DNA of 20,000 nucleotides from an uncultured virus (IMG/VR IMGVR_UViG_3300025881_000013) (lineage: Duplodnaviria; Heunggongvirae; Uroviricota; Caudoviricetes), in IMG/VR virus record IMGVR_UViG_3300025881_000013; one strand, written 5' to 3'. This document shows, one piece after another, positions 1 through 7,529 of the stretch; positions within the stretch are counted from its first letter, which is position 1; every line of letters begins with the position of its first letter. Position numbers and translations under genes: made by a program. The notes below the pieces were generated by a model. It had not been told where the DNA came from. It worked only from the letters and a program-made list of their open reading frames with translations, and ran no database searches.

Positions 1-266
1 TCCTTATCATGCACTGAGGCATATTGTTGAATAGGAAGATCCCACTTTAATCCCATCTCTTTGTATTCAGCGTAATACTCATCATCCCAAATATCCCAGT
101 CAATGGGTTCTACATCCATACCCTTCTCTAATCCATACTTCTCCACACATGCATCAGTCAACCACAAATAACCAGAGTGATTCTGATCCCAATTGTAATA
201 CTCACCATCAACCTCATCTAACATATCAAGATCAGATTGTTCCGTGAGATCGTATTCGTGTGCCAT
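1..266 (-). CDS. Acidic hypothetical phage protein (3'-partial, runs off window)
   Basis: Hand-translated open frame from ATG at 266 (MAHEYDLTEQSDLDMLDEVDGEYYNWDQNHSGYLWLTDACVEKYG...) with no stop before base 1. Not in the ORF track. Confidence 0.75.
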   Translation of the reverse strand, partial: MAHEYDLTEQSDLDMLDEVDGEYYNWDQNHSGYLWLTDACVEKYGLEKGMDVEPIDWDIWDDEYYAEYKEMGLKWDLPIQQYASVHDK

Positions 267-302
267 AATAATTCAGTGTTTAATGAAAAGATTTGGGAAT
301 AA

Positions 303-671
303 TCAACGAATGTAAAGATAACCACCTGCCCAATCACAGTTCTCCAACACAAACTCACGTTCTTCGATGATTAGCAGATTGAAACGAACACCTTTTGCTG
401 GTGCCTTGTATGATGCTGCCTTGTATACTTCACCAGTTTTCTTATCAATGAAGGCATGAACTGATTCCGTCTGACCATCGACACACTGCATCACTTTATG
501 ATACTTACGACCGGAGATCAGTGCATAAGAATAGTTACGACCATTTGGATGTTGACGCTGATGAGACTGTTGCAGTGCATCACAAAGCATGAGAGCATAC
601 TTGGTGACATTCAACTGAATGGTGTTACGTGCATCCTGTTGAGCAACGTAGTCAGTGAAAGTGGCAGTCAT
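303..671 (-). CDS. Conserved early phage hypothetical protein
   Basis: 122-aa ORF directly downstream of an early promoter cassette. Motif VHAFIDKKTGEVYKAASYKAPAKGVRFNL resembles a widespread myovirus hypothetical family. Confidence 0.85.
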   Translation of the reverse strand: MTATFTDYVAQQDARNTIQLNVTKYALMLCDALQQSHQRQHPNGRNYSYALISGRKYHKVMQCVDGQTESVHAFIDKKTGEVYKAASYKAPAKGVRFNLLIIEEREFVLENCDWAGGYLYIR

Positions 672-750
672 GGTGGTTTCCCTTGTATGAACATATTATA
701 GGGCATCCTGAGAGGGTTTCAGGATGCATTGGGACACTTAGGCAACTGGA
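672..750 (-). promoter_or_regulatory. Early promoter cassette 1
   Basis: TATAAT (-) at 695-700; 9-bp stem GCATCCTGA/TCAGGATGC at 703-727; palindrome GACACTT-N4-AACTGGA at 733-750; leader ends in CACC-ATG. Confidence 0.8.
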
Positions 751-1151
751 CCAGCAGGGATTTCCACAGGTTCTGGTGCTACCATATCTTCAAACTGATG
801 CATGTCATAAGCAAACCAGTTACCATTACGGAAGATGTAGGAGTATTCTTCACCATCAGAGAAAAACTCTTCCATATCTTTGTCAAGACGTGGTGCATTA
901 TCTTCAAGAGATTCACCACGCATAGTATAATACAGAGCACCAGACTCAGGCAGAGTTTCATTACCCCAACCAGAATTAGTCCAGGTGCAGGACATATCAC
1001 CACCATCAATCAGTTCTTTTACTTTCTCAACGGTATCATAGTTGTCACGCAGAACTTTACCATTGAACGCAGGATATCCATCATAATGACAATAAACAGA
1101 AACGATGCTCTCATCTTGAAGTTGGATGCCGATGCGGGAACGGGTACCCAT
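738..1151 (-). CDS. Conserved early phage hypothetical protein (MGTRSRIG...YCHYDGYP family)
   Basis: 137-aa ORF with N-terminal TRSxIG and YCHxDGYP motifs typical of a widespread phage family; preceded by a promoter cassette. Confidence 0.85.
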   Translation of the reverse strand: MGTRSRIGIQLQDESIVSVYCHYDGYPAFNGKVLRDNYDTVEKVKELIDGGDMSCTWTNSGWGNETLPESGALYYTMRGESLEDNAPRLDKDMEEFFSDGEEYSYIFRNGNWFAYDMHQFEDMVAPEPVEIPAGPVA

Positions 1152-1232
1152 GGTGCCTTTGCTTGATTACCTCTATATTATAAGGCATAAAAAAGACCCT
1201 GTAAGGGTCAGTGTGACACTTCTCAAACTGTC
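1152..1232 (-). promoter_or_regulatory. Early promoter cassette 2 containing a terminator-like hairpin
   Basis: TATAAT at 1177-1182; AGGTAATC leader; GACCCT-TAC-AGGGTC followed by T6 on the minus strand (1189-1209); palindrome GACACTT-N4-AACTGTC at 1215-1232. Confidence 0.8.
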
Positions 1233-1236
1233 TCAA

Positions 1237-1464
1237 TCAGTCTTCATAAACCAAACATTCGGGTTCTGATGGGTTCTGATCACAGAACAACTCAAGGTAT
1301 GACGGATCGTGATGATCACCTGCTTCAATTTCTTTCTTATGATGTTCAGCATATTCTTCCAATTCATGTAGTTCACCTTCAATGTGACGACGTTGATTGG
1401 GAGAGATCATAGGATTGTCAAGGATTTCTTTGTCCTTGGCGATGTGAGTTTCGATGTTTTCCAT
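1237..1464 (-). CDS. cp12: CP12 Calvin-cycle inhibitor (cyanophage auxiliary metabolic gene)
   Basis: 75 aa with the C-terminal CP12 signature LELFCDQNPSEPECLVYED (two cysteines eight residues apart); late-type promoter upstream. Confidence 0.95.
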   Translation of the reverse strand: MENIETHIAKDKEILDNPMISPNQRRHIEGELHELEEYAEHHKKEIEAGDHHDPSYLELFCDQNPSEPECLVYED

Positions 1465-1485
1465 TGTGCTACTGTTCTTATACTT

Positions 1486-1641
1486 TTATTTATTTTGACT
1501 TTTTGCCTTTTCTACCAAATAATGAGCAAGAGCTTCCATTCTTTCAGGATGAATTGCACGTATATCTGCCTCTTTTAGGGCAATTTTCATGCTTTTTTCC
1601 TCCATTTCGGTCAATTTCTTGCCGTTTTTTGGTAAAGTCAT
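1486..1641 (-). CDS. Small hypothetical protein
   Basis: ORF-track frame 1486..1683; likely start MTLPKNGKK at 1641 (51 aa). Confidence 0.65.
   Translation of the reverse strand: MTLPKNGKKLTEMEEKSMKIALKEADIRAIHPERMEALAHYLVEKAKSQNK
1487..1493 (-). promoter_or_regulatory. T4-type late promoter (ATAAATA) for cp12
   Basis: ATAAATA on the minus strand 22 nt upstream of the cp12 ATG; matches the gp55-type late motif. Confidence 0.65.
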
Positions 1642-1715
1642 AGATTTCTTTCGGTGTGTTGATATTCTAACATTAGAATCCAATATTATCTAGGAATTTA
1701 AGTTTTTATTCACAT

Positions 1716-1946
1716 TTATTCATCAGTATTAAACCAAGAGTCAAAGATGCCACTATCTCCAGGATTACGATTTTCAAGTTTATCAAGAATTTCATCAGTA
1801 GAGATAACTGATTCTATTTTACTTATCATCTCTGCAATATTGTTGCAAACCATTGGTCTTTCTTGCCTTGCCGCAAATGCAAGTGCATTGCGAAGTGATT
1901 GTTCTGCTTCTTTGAGTGATGCTTCGACTGATTCTGAGAGTGCCAT
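1716..1946 (-). CDS. Hypothetical helical protein
   Basis: ORF-track frame; likely start MALSESVEASL at 1946 (76 aa), just after the stop of the 1957..2112 ORF. Confidence 0.8.
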   Translation of the reverse strand: MALSESVEASLKEAEQSLRNALAFAARQERPMVCNNIAEMISKIESVISTDEILDKLENRNPGDSGIFDSWFNTDE

Positions 1947-1956
1947 TTTTTTATTA

Positions 1957-2112
1957 TTAAGAGTCAAGTTGATCTTTGATTGCTCGATTTACAATTTCCT
2001 GAATTTCCTTACTTGTCATACCATTTAAGAACTTCCAATTAGGATCATCTTTATCCCATTCAAGACTAAAGGTTCCGTCTTTATTCTGGTCTACTTTCAG
2101 ACTGTCTTTCAT
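1957..2112 (-). CDS. Small hypothetical protein (51 aa)
   Basis: Hand-translated MKDSLKVDQNKDGTFSLEWDKDDPNWKFLNGMTSKEIQEIVNRAIKDQLDS*; fills a gap in the tightly packed gene run. Confidence 0.75.
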   Translation of the reverse strand: MKDSLKVDQNKDGTFSLEWDKDDPNWKFLNGMTSKEIQEIVNRAIKDQLDS

Positions 2113-2233
2113 TTTTCTTTAATTGCTTTCTAATCATTTTAGCATATAAAACTTCTTCTTGAGAATACCATTCAGGATGTTTTTTAGATCTTTTGATAAT
2201 TTTTTTTGTTGCTTTTTTGTCGGATAAATCCAC
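2081..2233 (-). CDS. Small basic hypothetical protein (50 aa)
   Basis: GTG start, MDLSDKKATKKIIKRSKKHPEWYSQEEVLYAKMIRKQLKKNERQSESRPE*; TAAATA late-like motif about 26 nt upstream. Confidence 0.7.
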   Translation of the reverse strand: MDLSDKKATKKIIKRSKKHPEWYSQEEVLYAKMIRKQLKKNERQSESRPE

Positions 2234-2284
2234 TTTAAGATTTGTTTGGATGTTTTAAGTATTTAACACTTTAACCTTCATATA

Positions 2285-2539
2285 CTAAAGTTTACCACTA
2301 ACTATGCCACTATTCACTACTCTAGTGCTACCTTCAGGCCAACCTTCTTGTTCACACTTAAGGTGCCATCGTGTCATAATAGTCACATTTTCTTTAATGG
2401 CACCAGTGAGCATTTGACGACCATCTTTGGTCATAGAAGAAAACAAACCATAACGAGTTGCCCAAACATAGAAACACTCGTCAATAAGTTCGGCACCTTC
2501 TGGTATAATGACTTCTGGTTTTGTATCAGTCTGAATCAT
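2285..2539 (-). CDS. Hypothetical protein
   Basis: ORF-track frame; likely start MIQTDTK at 2539, overlapping the upstream stop. Confidence 0.8.
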   Translation of the reverse strand: MIQTDTKPEVIIPEGAELIDECFYVWATRYGLFSSMTKDGRQMLTGAIKENVTIMTRWHLKCEQEGWPEGSTRVVNSGIVSGKL

Positions 2540-2753
2540 TGTTCTCTTCGGGTGGTTTTTTATTAAATCCAAAAGGTCCTACTTTAGTTTCAGATCTTTT
2601 CTTCATAACAACACCAGCAAGAGACTCCATAATTTTAAGGATGTCTTCTGCCTTAGCACCTTCACCAAGTTCTTTGGCAACATAAAAATACTTATCAAAG
2701 AACTCTTGACTGTGCTCTTTATAGTCTTCGACTGTGATTGGTTGATCTTTCAT
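2526..2753 (-). CDS. Hypothetical protein
   Basis: 75-aa ORF with start/stop overlap to its neighbours. Confidence 0.8.
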   Translation of the reverse strand: MKDQPITVEDYKEHSQEFFDKYFYVAKELGEGAKAEDILKIMESLAGVVMKKRSETKVGPFGFNKKPPEENNDSD

Positions 2754-3028
2754 TTAAATTTACCGAGTGCTTCTTCTTCAAGTTTAACAAGAATTCTTCT
2801 TGATTGTTCCTTTTTGATTTTATTGTAAATGGATTCATGACGACGGATCTCTCCACCCATCGAACAATTTTTCTCCATTTCACTTACATAAAACTCCAAT
2901 TGAAGAAGTTCCATATCTTCAAAATCAAGTTTTGCTTCCTTGATGTTGTTCATTCTTTTCTTGTACCTTTCCAGTCCATCTTTCATTAATTGATCATATT
3001 CGTCGTCATTCATAAATTGATCGCTCAT
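2750..3028 (-). CDS. Hypothetical coiled-coil protein
   Basis: 92-aa ORF with an ATGA-type overlap with the upstream gene. Confidence 0.75.
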   Translation of the reverse strand: MSDQFMNDDEYDQLMKDGLERYKKRMNNIKEAKLDFEDMELLQLEFYVSEMEKNCSMGGEIRRHESIYNKIKKEQSRRILVKLEEEALGKFK

Positions 3029-3183
3029 TTTCCTCCTGTATCATAGTTTAGTTGATCATCTTGCTCTTTGAGTTTAGCACGTCTCACTCTATCATGAAGT
3101 TGCTTGAGTGCTTCAGTAACCTCAGGAGTTTCTTCCCACTCCCAAGTTTCACCACCCTTTCCAGTAAATTCTTTTTTAGTCAT
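3025..3183 (-). CDS. Small hypothetical protein (52 aa)
   Basis: Hand-translated MTKKEFTGKGGETWEWEETPEVTEALKQLHDRVRRAKLKEQDDQLNYDTGGK*; ATGA overlaps on both sides. Confidence 0.75.
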   Translation of the reverse strand: MTKKEFTGKGGETWEWEETPEVTEALKQLHDRVRRAKLKEQDDQLNYDTGGK

Positions 3184-3308
3184 GGATTTAAAGTTTTGTA
3201 GACAGCAGAGATACTCATGTGCCCGTGAATGTATCCTGCAAGGATTATAGCAAAGACGGACAGAAATATCAAGCCCGTTGCGATTAGGTTAGGCAACGGT
3301 GAGATCAT
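3180..3308 (-). CDS. Small single-pass membrane protein (42 aa)
   Basis: Likely start MISPLPNL at 3308; hydrophobic stretch LIATGLIFLSVFAIILAGYI. Confidence 0.6.
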   Translation of the reverse strand: MISPLPNLIATGLIFLSVFAIILAGYIHGHMSISAVYKTLNP

Positions 3309-3537
3309 TAATTGTGTATTTGTTTTTTCTGAGTTTGTATCGTTTAATGTGTGCTTGTCTGTGTTCATTACAATCAAAATGGCAGATTCGATCTTCATTT
3401 CCGTCCCTGTATTCTAATCGATAAGGGAATGCTTTAAATGGATGCATTTCTTCAGGTGTTAGATTCTTTTTCTTGGGAGTTTTTGTTGAACTCTTTGCCT
3501 TCGCTTTGCGAGTTGTAGTAGTCTTCTTTGCTGGCAT
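3289..3537 (-). CDS. Basic hypothetical protein with Lys/Thr-rich N-terminus
   Basis: MPAKKTTTTRKAKAK... followed by FPYRLEY...ICHFDCNEH; 82 aa. Confidence 0.75.
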   Translation of the reverse strand: MPAKKTTTTRKAKAKSSTKTPKKKNLTPEEMHPFKAFPYRLEYRDGNEDRICHFDCNEHRQAHIKRYKLRKNKYTINDLTVA

Positions 3538-3594
3538 TTTTCTCAATCATTTTTTCGTGTTGTTGAGCACCTAAGTTGTCTAAAAAATCATTCA

Positions 3595-3807
3595 TCATTT
3601 GAAACCTTTTACTTCTTTTTTATCTAGCACATCAATATGAGAGAGAAAAGATGTTGGAGTATTCCACCAGATTGATTGTGCTTCTTCCCATGATTCTACT
3701 GTAAGAGACTTACCATCAGTTTTTGTAACTTTATAGTGATGTCGATCATAAGGTTCACTGGATGATTCTGTAAAGAACAATGGGTCGGAGGGATCAATTA
3801 AACTCAT
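3595..3807 (-). CDS. Hypothetical protein
   Basis: 70-aa ORF with an ATGA overlap with the upstream gene. Confidence 0.8.
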   Translation of the reverse strand: MSLIDPSDPLFFTESSSEPYDRHHYKVTKTDGKSLTVESWEEAQSIWWNTPTSFLSHIDVLDKKEVKGFK

Positions 3808-4217
3808 GGCATTTTCATAATTTGGGTTGTAACTTCTTGATGTCTTAGATACAATTTAATAAAGCATCTTGCCATTACTTTCATTGTATCAAGATCTTCA
3901 CAGTTCTCAATTTCTCTGGATAGTTTTTCATATTCAAAGAGTTTAGATGTGGTCTCTAACTGTATGCTATCTGGATCCATGTCTTTTAGATATTCTAAAC
4001 TACTATTTACCCCAGAATCTTTCAGTTCAAAGCATACTGAGTTAAACCATCCCTCCTTATTGTAAAGTTTTATTTTCGTATGTTGAGAACGAACATCCAC
4101 TTTTTCAATAATATATTCTTTACCAATTATAAGATGTGAAGTGGGATCATCATTGTTTCCCCATCTTATTTGCTCTTCAGAGCATCCCGTGTATTCTATA
4201 ACATCATTCTTTTTCAT
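3804..4217 (-). CDS. Two-part protein: N-terminal small beta domain plus C-terminal NblA-like helical hairpin (3804..3980)
   Basis: C-terminal 58 aa from an internal Met (MDPDSIQLETTSKLFEYEKLSREIENCEDLDTMKVMARCFIKLYLRHQEVTTQIMKMP) fit the NblA helix-loop-helix hydrophobic pattern by eye; internal TAAATA at 4004-4009. Confidence 0.6.
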   Translation of the reverse strand: MKKNDVIEYTGCSEEQIRWGNNDDPTSHLIIGKEYIIEKVDVRSQHTKIKLYNKEGWFNSVCFELKDSGVNSSLEYLKDMDPDSIQLETTSKLFEYEKLSREIENCEDLDTMKVMARCFIKLYLRHQEVTTQIMKMP

Positions 4218-4371
4218 TTGTAATCATGCGATCTATTGCGATTAAAGTATCATAAGGAATCCATGCAGGATTTTCATCATCAAACTGAACCTGAACTTCC
4301 TTCACACTCTTTTCTAAGAACTTGGAATAAGAAGTTCTGGTGTTCTTTACATAGGAGATTGGATTGATCAT
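4204..4371 (-). CDS. Small hypothetical protein
   Basis: Likely start MINPISYVK at 4371 (55 aa), just after the upstream stop. Confidence 0.7.
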   Translation of the reverse strand: MINPISYVKNTRTSYSKFLEKSVKEVQVQFDDENPAWIPYDTLIAIDRMITNEKE

Positions 4372-4372
4372 T

Positions 4373-4579
4373 TTATTTAAACAAAGGAAAGAGTGGGGGA
4401 GCAATATCATAGTATCCCATATTATACCAATAACAATCAATCAATCTCAACTTCTCAGTGATTGTATTCTCTTCATTATAGGGATCAAGTGCCGTAAAAT
4501 TCTCACAAATTCTCACAATCTCTTGTGGAACCTGTATTTTGGTCCATGTGTTAGGATCATCAACAAAAACTGGTATCAT
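4373..4579 (-). CDS. Hypothetical protein
   Basis: Likely start MIPVFVDDP at 4579 via ATGA overlap (68 aa). Confidence 0.7.
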   Translation of the reverse strand: MIPVFVDDPNTWTKIQVPQEIVRICENFTALDPYNEENTITEKLRLIDCYWYNMGYYDIAPPLFPLFK

Positions 4580-4794
4580 ACTACAACCTGTTCCCATGCT
4601 TTCTTAAAGTTTTTATCCCAGTTTTCAGTATAAACTGGAAGGAAAGAGTTTAGTGCATAACAAATATCAACAATTTTCATTTGATTTTGTTCATCTACAG
4701 CCTCTTGCAATTCATCCAACATAAATTCTACTGTAGAAATTCGGGAAAATGATTGCTCAAGATTGTTCATGACTGTCCAAGTTTCATCGGGCAT
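4576..4794 (-). CDS. Hypothetical protein
   Basis: Likely start MPDETW at 4794 (72 aa). Confidence 0.75.
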   Translation of the reverse strand: MPDETWTVMNNLEQSFSRISTVEFMLDELQEAVDEQNQMKIVDICYALNSFLPVYTENWDKNFKKAWEQVVV

Positions 4795-4951
4795 CAGGTT
4801 TCTCTTGTTTATACCCATATTCTATCACAATTTCCTTGTGTGTGCTCACTGTGTCTGATAAGGATCTCTTATGTATTTTGTAGTCATGACCTTCTTGACC
4901 CAGTTCTTTTGCAAACTGATGCAGTAAGTTCCAATTTAAGTTCTGATCCAT
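4784..4951 (-). CDS. Small hypothetical protein
   Basis: Likely start MDQNLNW at 4951, preceded by TAAATA at 4974-4979. Confidence 0.65.
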   Translation of the reverse strand: MDQNLNWNLLHQFAKELGQEGHDYKIHKRSLSDTVSTHKEIVIEYGYKQEKPDAR

Positions 4952-4982
4952 TGCTTCAGTGCAACTTGTGTTATATTTAACA

Positions 4983-5132
4983 CTATGGATTTCTTGGGTC
5001 AATACCTAAACTTTCAAGATAATCAATCCACCAATCAGCATCTTTCATATACTTCCAATTGGGGACAGGTTTACCTTGTTCTACAGCATAATATTCATAT
5101 AAAGCATCATCGATAATCTGTGCGGTTTCCAT
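4983..5132 (-). CDS. Small hypothetical protein
   Basis: Likely start METAQIIDD at 5132 (49 aa); Trp-rich C-terminus WWIDYLESLGIDPRNP. Confidence 0.7.
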   Translation of the reverse strand: METAQIIDDALYEYYAVEQGKPVPNWKYMKDADWWIDYLESLGIDPRNP

Positions 5133-5316
5133 ATTCTTCTTCCTCCTCATCAACATCCGCATATGCATCTGCCACATATGGTCCGTGTGGTTTTTTGGAT
5201 TCTGTTCGGACATAATTCTGTTCTTGGTTAACAGCTGCAATCCACAGTGAAAGTTTCATAACGATCCAAATCAATACCAGAGGTAAAAAACAAGCAATAA
5301 GGATTAGGGGTTTCAT
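5107..5316 (-). CDS. Small membrane protein with acidic tail
   Basis: N-terminal hydrophobic segment LILIACFLPLVLIWIV; acidic C-terminus DEEEEE. Confidence 0.75.
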   Translation of the reverse strand: MKPLILIACFLPLVLIWIVMKLSLWIAAVNQEQNYVRTESKKPHGPYVADAYADVDEEEEEYGNRTDYR

Positions 5317-5549
5317 ACAAACATTCCATTCTCACTCATATATTGAAGTGTTTCTTTCATGCTACCAATGTGATGATAACCGATTGATACTTGAGGATAT
5401 GTTGCCTCTGAACCAAATTCTGACTCAAATGCCTTATCATCAAAGTCAACACCTAACACATATTCATGAAAGTTATCCCCAAGAAATTTTATGAGAGATG
5501 CCATTCTCTCACACTCCTGACTTCCGTTGCTGTAAATTACTGCCTGCAT
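5313..5549 (-). CDS. Glutaredoxin-like (thioredoxin fold) protein with SxxC motif
   Basis: MQAVIYSNGSQECERM... ATYPQV...HIG: Grx layout with a cis-Pro TxPQV motif, but only one active-site Cys. Likely start at 5549. Confidence 0.75.
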   Translation of the reverse strand: MQAVIYSNGSQECERMASLIKFLGDNFHEYVLGVDFDDKAFESEFGSEATYPQVSIGYHHIGSMKETLQYMSENGMFV

Positions 5550-5550
5550 T

Positions 5551-5865
5551 TTAATCTCTTTGCCTCCAATCGTCTCTTTTTTCATGATTAAACCAATCTA
5601 CAATTTCATCAGCAGATCCAAATCCCGTTTTATATTCGGATGGGTCGGGATCACCTAACCCCATCCGATTAAGAAAATCATCCATACTACCTTCCTCAAT
5701 GTTTTGTGAAGATTGTCTTCTTGCTTTTTTCAACATTTCATAGGCAGTTGTGTTTGCTTTCGCAAGTTTTTGTGCCCATACCATATCATCAAGTTTTACC
5801 TCTTCGTTATTTGCAATACATTTACAAATAAATTCTAACCGAAGACGGTAGTTTGTAGACAGCAT
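5551..5865 (-). CDS. Conserved cyanophage hypothetical protein
   Basis: 104-aa ORF (MLSTNYRLRLEFICKCI...DWRQRD) in the packed gene run. Confidence 0.85.
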   Translation of the reverse strand: MLSTNYRLRLEFICKCIANNEEVKLDDMVWAQKLAKANTTAYEMLKKARRQSSQNIEEGSMDDFLNRMGLGDPDPSEYKTGFGSADEIVDWFNHEKRDDWRQRD

Positions 5866-5866
5866 A

Positions 5867-6115
5867 TTATTCTTTTGCCTCTAGGTGTTTATTTATTTTT
5901 GCTCGCAATTCCTTTGCAAGATTGAGATTTTTACGGTATATCATATATTTTACCACAGGATTGGCAGGATTATTTTTTAACCACCACAATTCCTTTCTAA
6001 TGTTTGTATTCACTAACTGAAGAACATAATCAAATGCTTTTGCGACATTTGGATCAATGACTATCACATATAAAATAACTCCAAATACCAAAAAAAGCAC
6101 ATATTGTGCTGTCAT
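5867..6115 (-). CDS. Hypothetical membrane-anchored protein
   Basis: N-terminal transmembrane-like segment YVLFLVFGVILYVIVI; 82 aa. Confidence 0.8.
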   Translation of the reverse strand: MTAQYVLFLVFGVILYVIVIDPNVAKAFDYVLQLVNTNIRKELWWLKNNPANPVVKYMIYRKNLNLAKELRAKINKHLEAKE

Positions 6116-6294
6116 TGGTTAAACTCCTGATTTCTACAACGGTCAAGATATTCTAATATATCTGCTCTCCATTCCATCAACTCAAAGAAACATTCTTGAT
6201 TGTGAGCACATTTTCTGAGTTCATGATCTGGTTTCAATACACTCTCATAAAAAAGTCCAAGTGCATCTTTGCGCTTTTGTTGTTTATCAGTCAT
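6112..6294 (-). CDS. Hypothetical protein
   Basis: 60-aa ORF with ATGA overlaps. Confidence 0.8.
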   Translation of the reverse strand: MTDKQQKRKDALGLFYESVLKPDHELRKCAHNQECFFELMEWRADILEYLDRCRNQEFNQ

Positions 6295-6545
6295 AGAAAT
6301 TGTTCAAGAGAAGAGGTTGCTTTCTTTTTGATTTTAGAATACTTTTTGATATAATCAAGTGCTTGCTTATACGTTTTTACATTATGCACTTGACTACCAT
6401 TATGTATAATACAGAACCCTTTCTTCTTTCCCGCTAGTGGAACAGCAGCCCACATTCCGTCTTTAGATACAAAACCGTCAGGATCTCCTGATTTTGGGTT
6501 CAGGAGACTCTGATTATGAACATGGGGTTTGAGAAACTTGGACAT
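6291..6545 (-). CDS. Hypothetical protein
   Basis: 84-aa ORF; its start overlaps the upstream TAA (TAATG). Confidence 0.8.
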   Translation of the reverse strand: MSKFLKPHVHNQSLLNPKSGDPDGFVSKDGMWAAVPLAGKKKGFCIIHNGSQVHNVKTYKQALDYIKKYSKIKKKATSSLEQFL

Positions 6546-6685
6546 TAGAAAACGGCAGTGACACTCACAATTGTTGCTGTAGGATTACGTGCAAGGGCAG
6601 TTTTTTTTGCATCTTCATAGTCCCGTGCAACAACAACTTCATCAAATACGGTGCCAGCAACATAGAGTTGAACTTTGCATTTCAT
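6545..6685 (-). CDS. Small early hypothetical protein (46 aa)
   Basis: Hand-translated MKCKVQLYVAGTVFDEVVVARDYEDAKKTALARNPTATIVSVTAVF*, directly after promoter cassette 3. Confidence 0.8.
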   Translation of the reverse strand: MKCKVQLYVAGTVFDEVVVARDYEDAKKTALARNPTATIVSVTAVF

Positions 6686-6766
6686 GGTGGTGTTCCCTTG
6701 ATTACCTTTGTATTATAGCAGAGTGAGGCAAAGTCGGAAGCAGAGTGTGCCAGTTTATTAATTGGC
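6686..6766 (-). promoter_or_regulatory. Early promoter cassette 3
   Basis: Extended -10 TGCTATAAT at 6712-6720; AGGTAATC leader; palindrome GCCAGTT-N4-AATTGGC at 6749-6766. Confidence 0.8.
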
Positions 6767-7141
6767 AGAAAGAGTCCACAAAGGTTCCCGAAGATGATTA
6801 GGAATATCAGTTTGTGTAGGATTAACCATGTGTCTGGGAACGTTTTCTACTTTTGCAAAAAAAGAAACACAATTAATCACAGAATTGGGATGATCTTGCC
6901 AATTTTTCCAAATTTTAGTAGCATCAACTTCGATTTGTTCTCCTGTTGCAACACCAAATCCAAGATCATAATTACCATCATTGCGTTTATCTGCAACAAT
7001 GACACGTTGATTTTTATTAAATTTTCGACCAGTAGTTCCCTGACAAACTGCACCATGTTTAATGGATTTGTTAAGATGTTCTCCATCCGAATTGTAAATG
7101 GTAGTTCGCATGGAGGATGTAATGTATTTTGAAGGATTCAT
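6758..7141 (-). CDS. Hypothetical protein
   Basis: 127-aa ORF with its own TGCTATAAT/AGGTAATC leader. Confidence 0.75.
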   Translation of the reverse strand: MNPSKYITSSMRTTIYNSDGEHLNKSIKHGAVCQGTTGRKFNKNQRVIVADKRNDGNYDLGFGVATGEQIEVDATKIWKNWQDHPNSVINCVSFFAKVENVPRHMVNPTQTDIPNHLREPLWTLSAN

Positions 7142-7178
7142 TTGAATAATAATCTTAGATTACCTGGATATTATAGCA
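7142..7178 (-). promoter_or_regulatory. Truncated early promoter (extended -10 and leader, no palindrome)
   Basis: TGCTATAAT at 7170-7178 followed by AGGTAATC; no 18-bp palindrome at the expected position. Confidence 0.65.
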
Positions 7179-7183
7179 CAATA

Positions 7184-7522
7184 TCAACGACGTACAACTT
7201 CGAAAAAATCTTCCAATGACATTGTAACCAAAGGTTTTCCATCTGGCATCTCACACACAAGAACAGGGATTGTTTCTTTAACACAGTTTAAAACTGATTG
7301 TTTATAATAAGTTGATAGTGCAGATAAACCTTTTACATTTTTACATTCAATGGAGAATGGAAAAACTCTTTTAGCATGAGATGATAATTGAATGTCAACA
7401 CCACCAGCACCCATACTACAAGACTTTACATCTTCTTGTGGAAGACCAAAAGATTCAATGATGAGATCTCTGATTTTTTGTTGAAACATTCTTCCTTTTT
7501 GTTTTAGATATCTAGTGTTCAT
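7184..7522 (-). CDS. PD-(D/E)XK nuclease, Hjc-type Holliday junction resolvase-like
   Basis: Likely start MNTRYLKQKG at 7522; KxKGRxFQ helix, GGVD and SIECK catalytic motifs; 112 aa. Confidence 0.8.
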   Translation of the reverse strand: MNTRYLKQKGRMFQQKIRDLIIESFGLPQEDVKSCSMGAGGVDIQLSSHAKRVFPFSIECKNVKGLSALSTYYKQSVLNCVKETIPVLVCEMPDGKPLVTMSLEDFFEVVRR

Positions 7523-7529
7523 AATGACC

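Noticed and set aside
1664..1679. Palindrome ATTCTAA-CA-TTAGAAT
   Set aside because: A single AT-rich occurrence with no match to the 18-bp operator; not enough support for a regulatory call.
2262..2278. TTTAACAC-TTTAACCT repeat resembling a cyanobacterial Pho box
   Set aside because: The period is 8 bp rather than 11 bp, there are only two units, and it overlaps a late-promoter-like motif.
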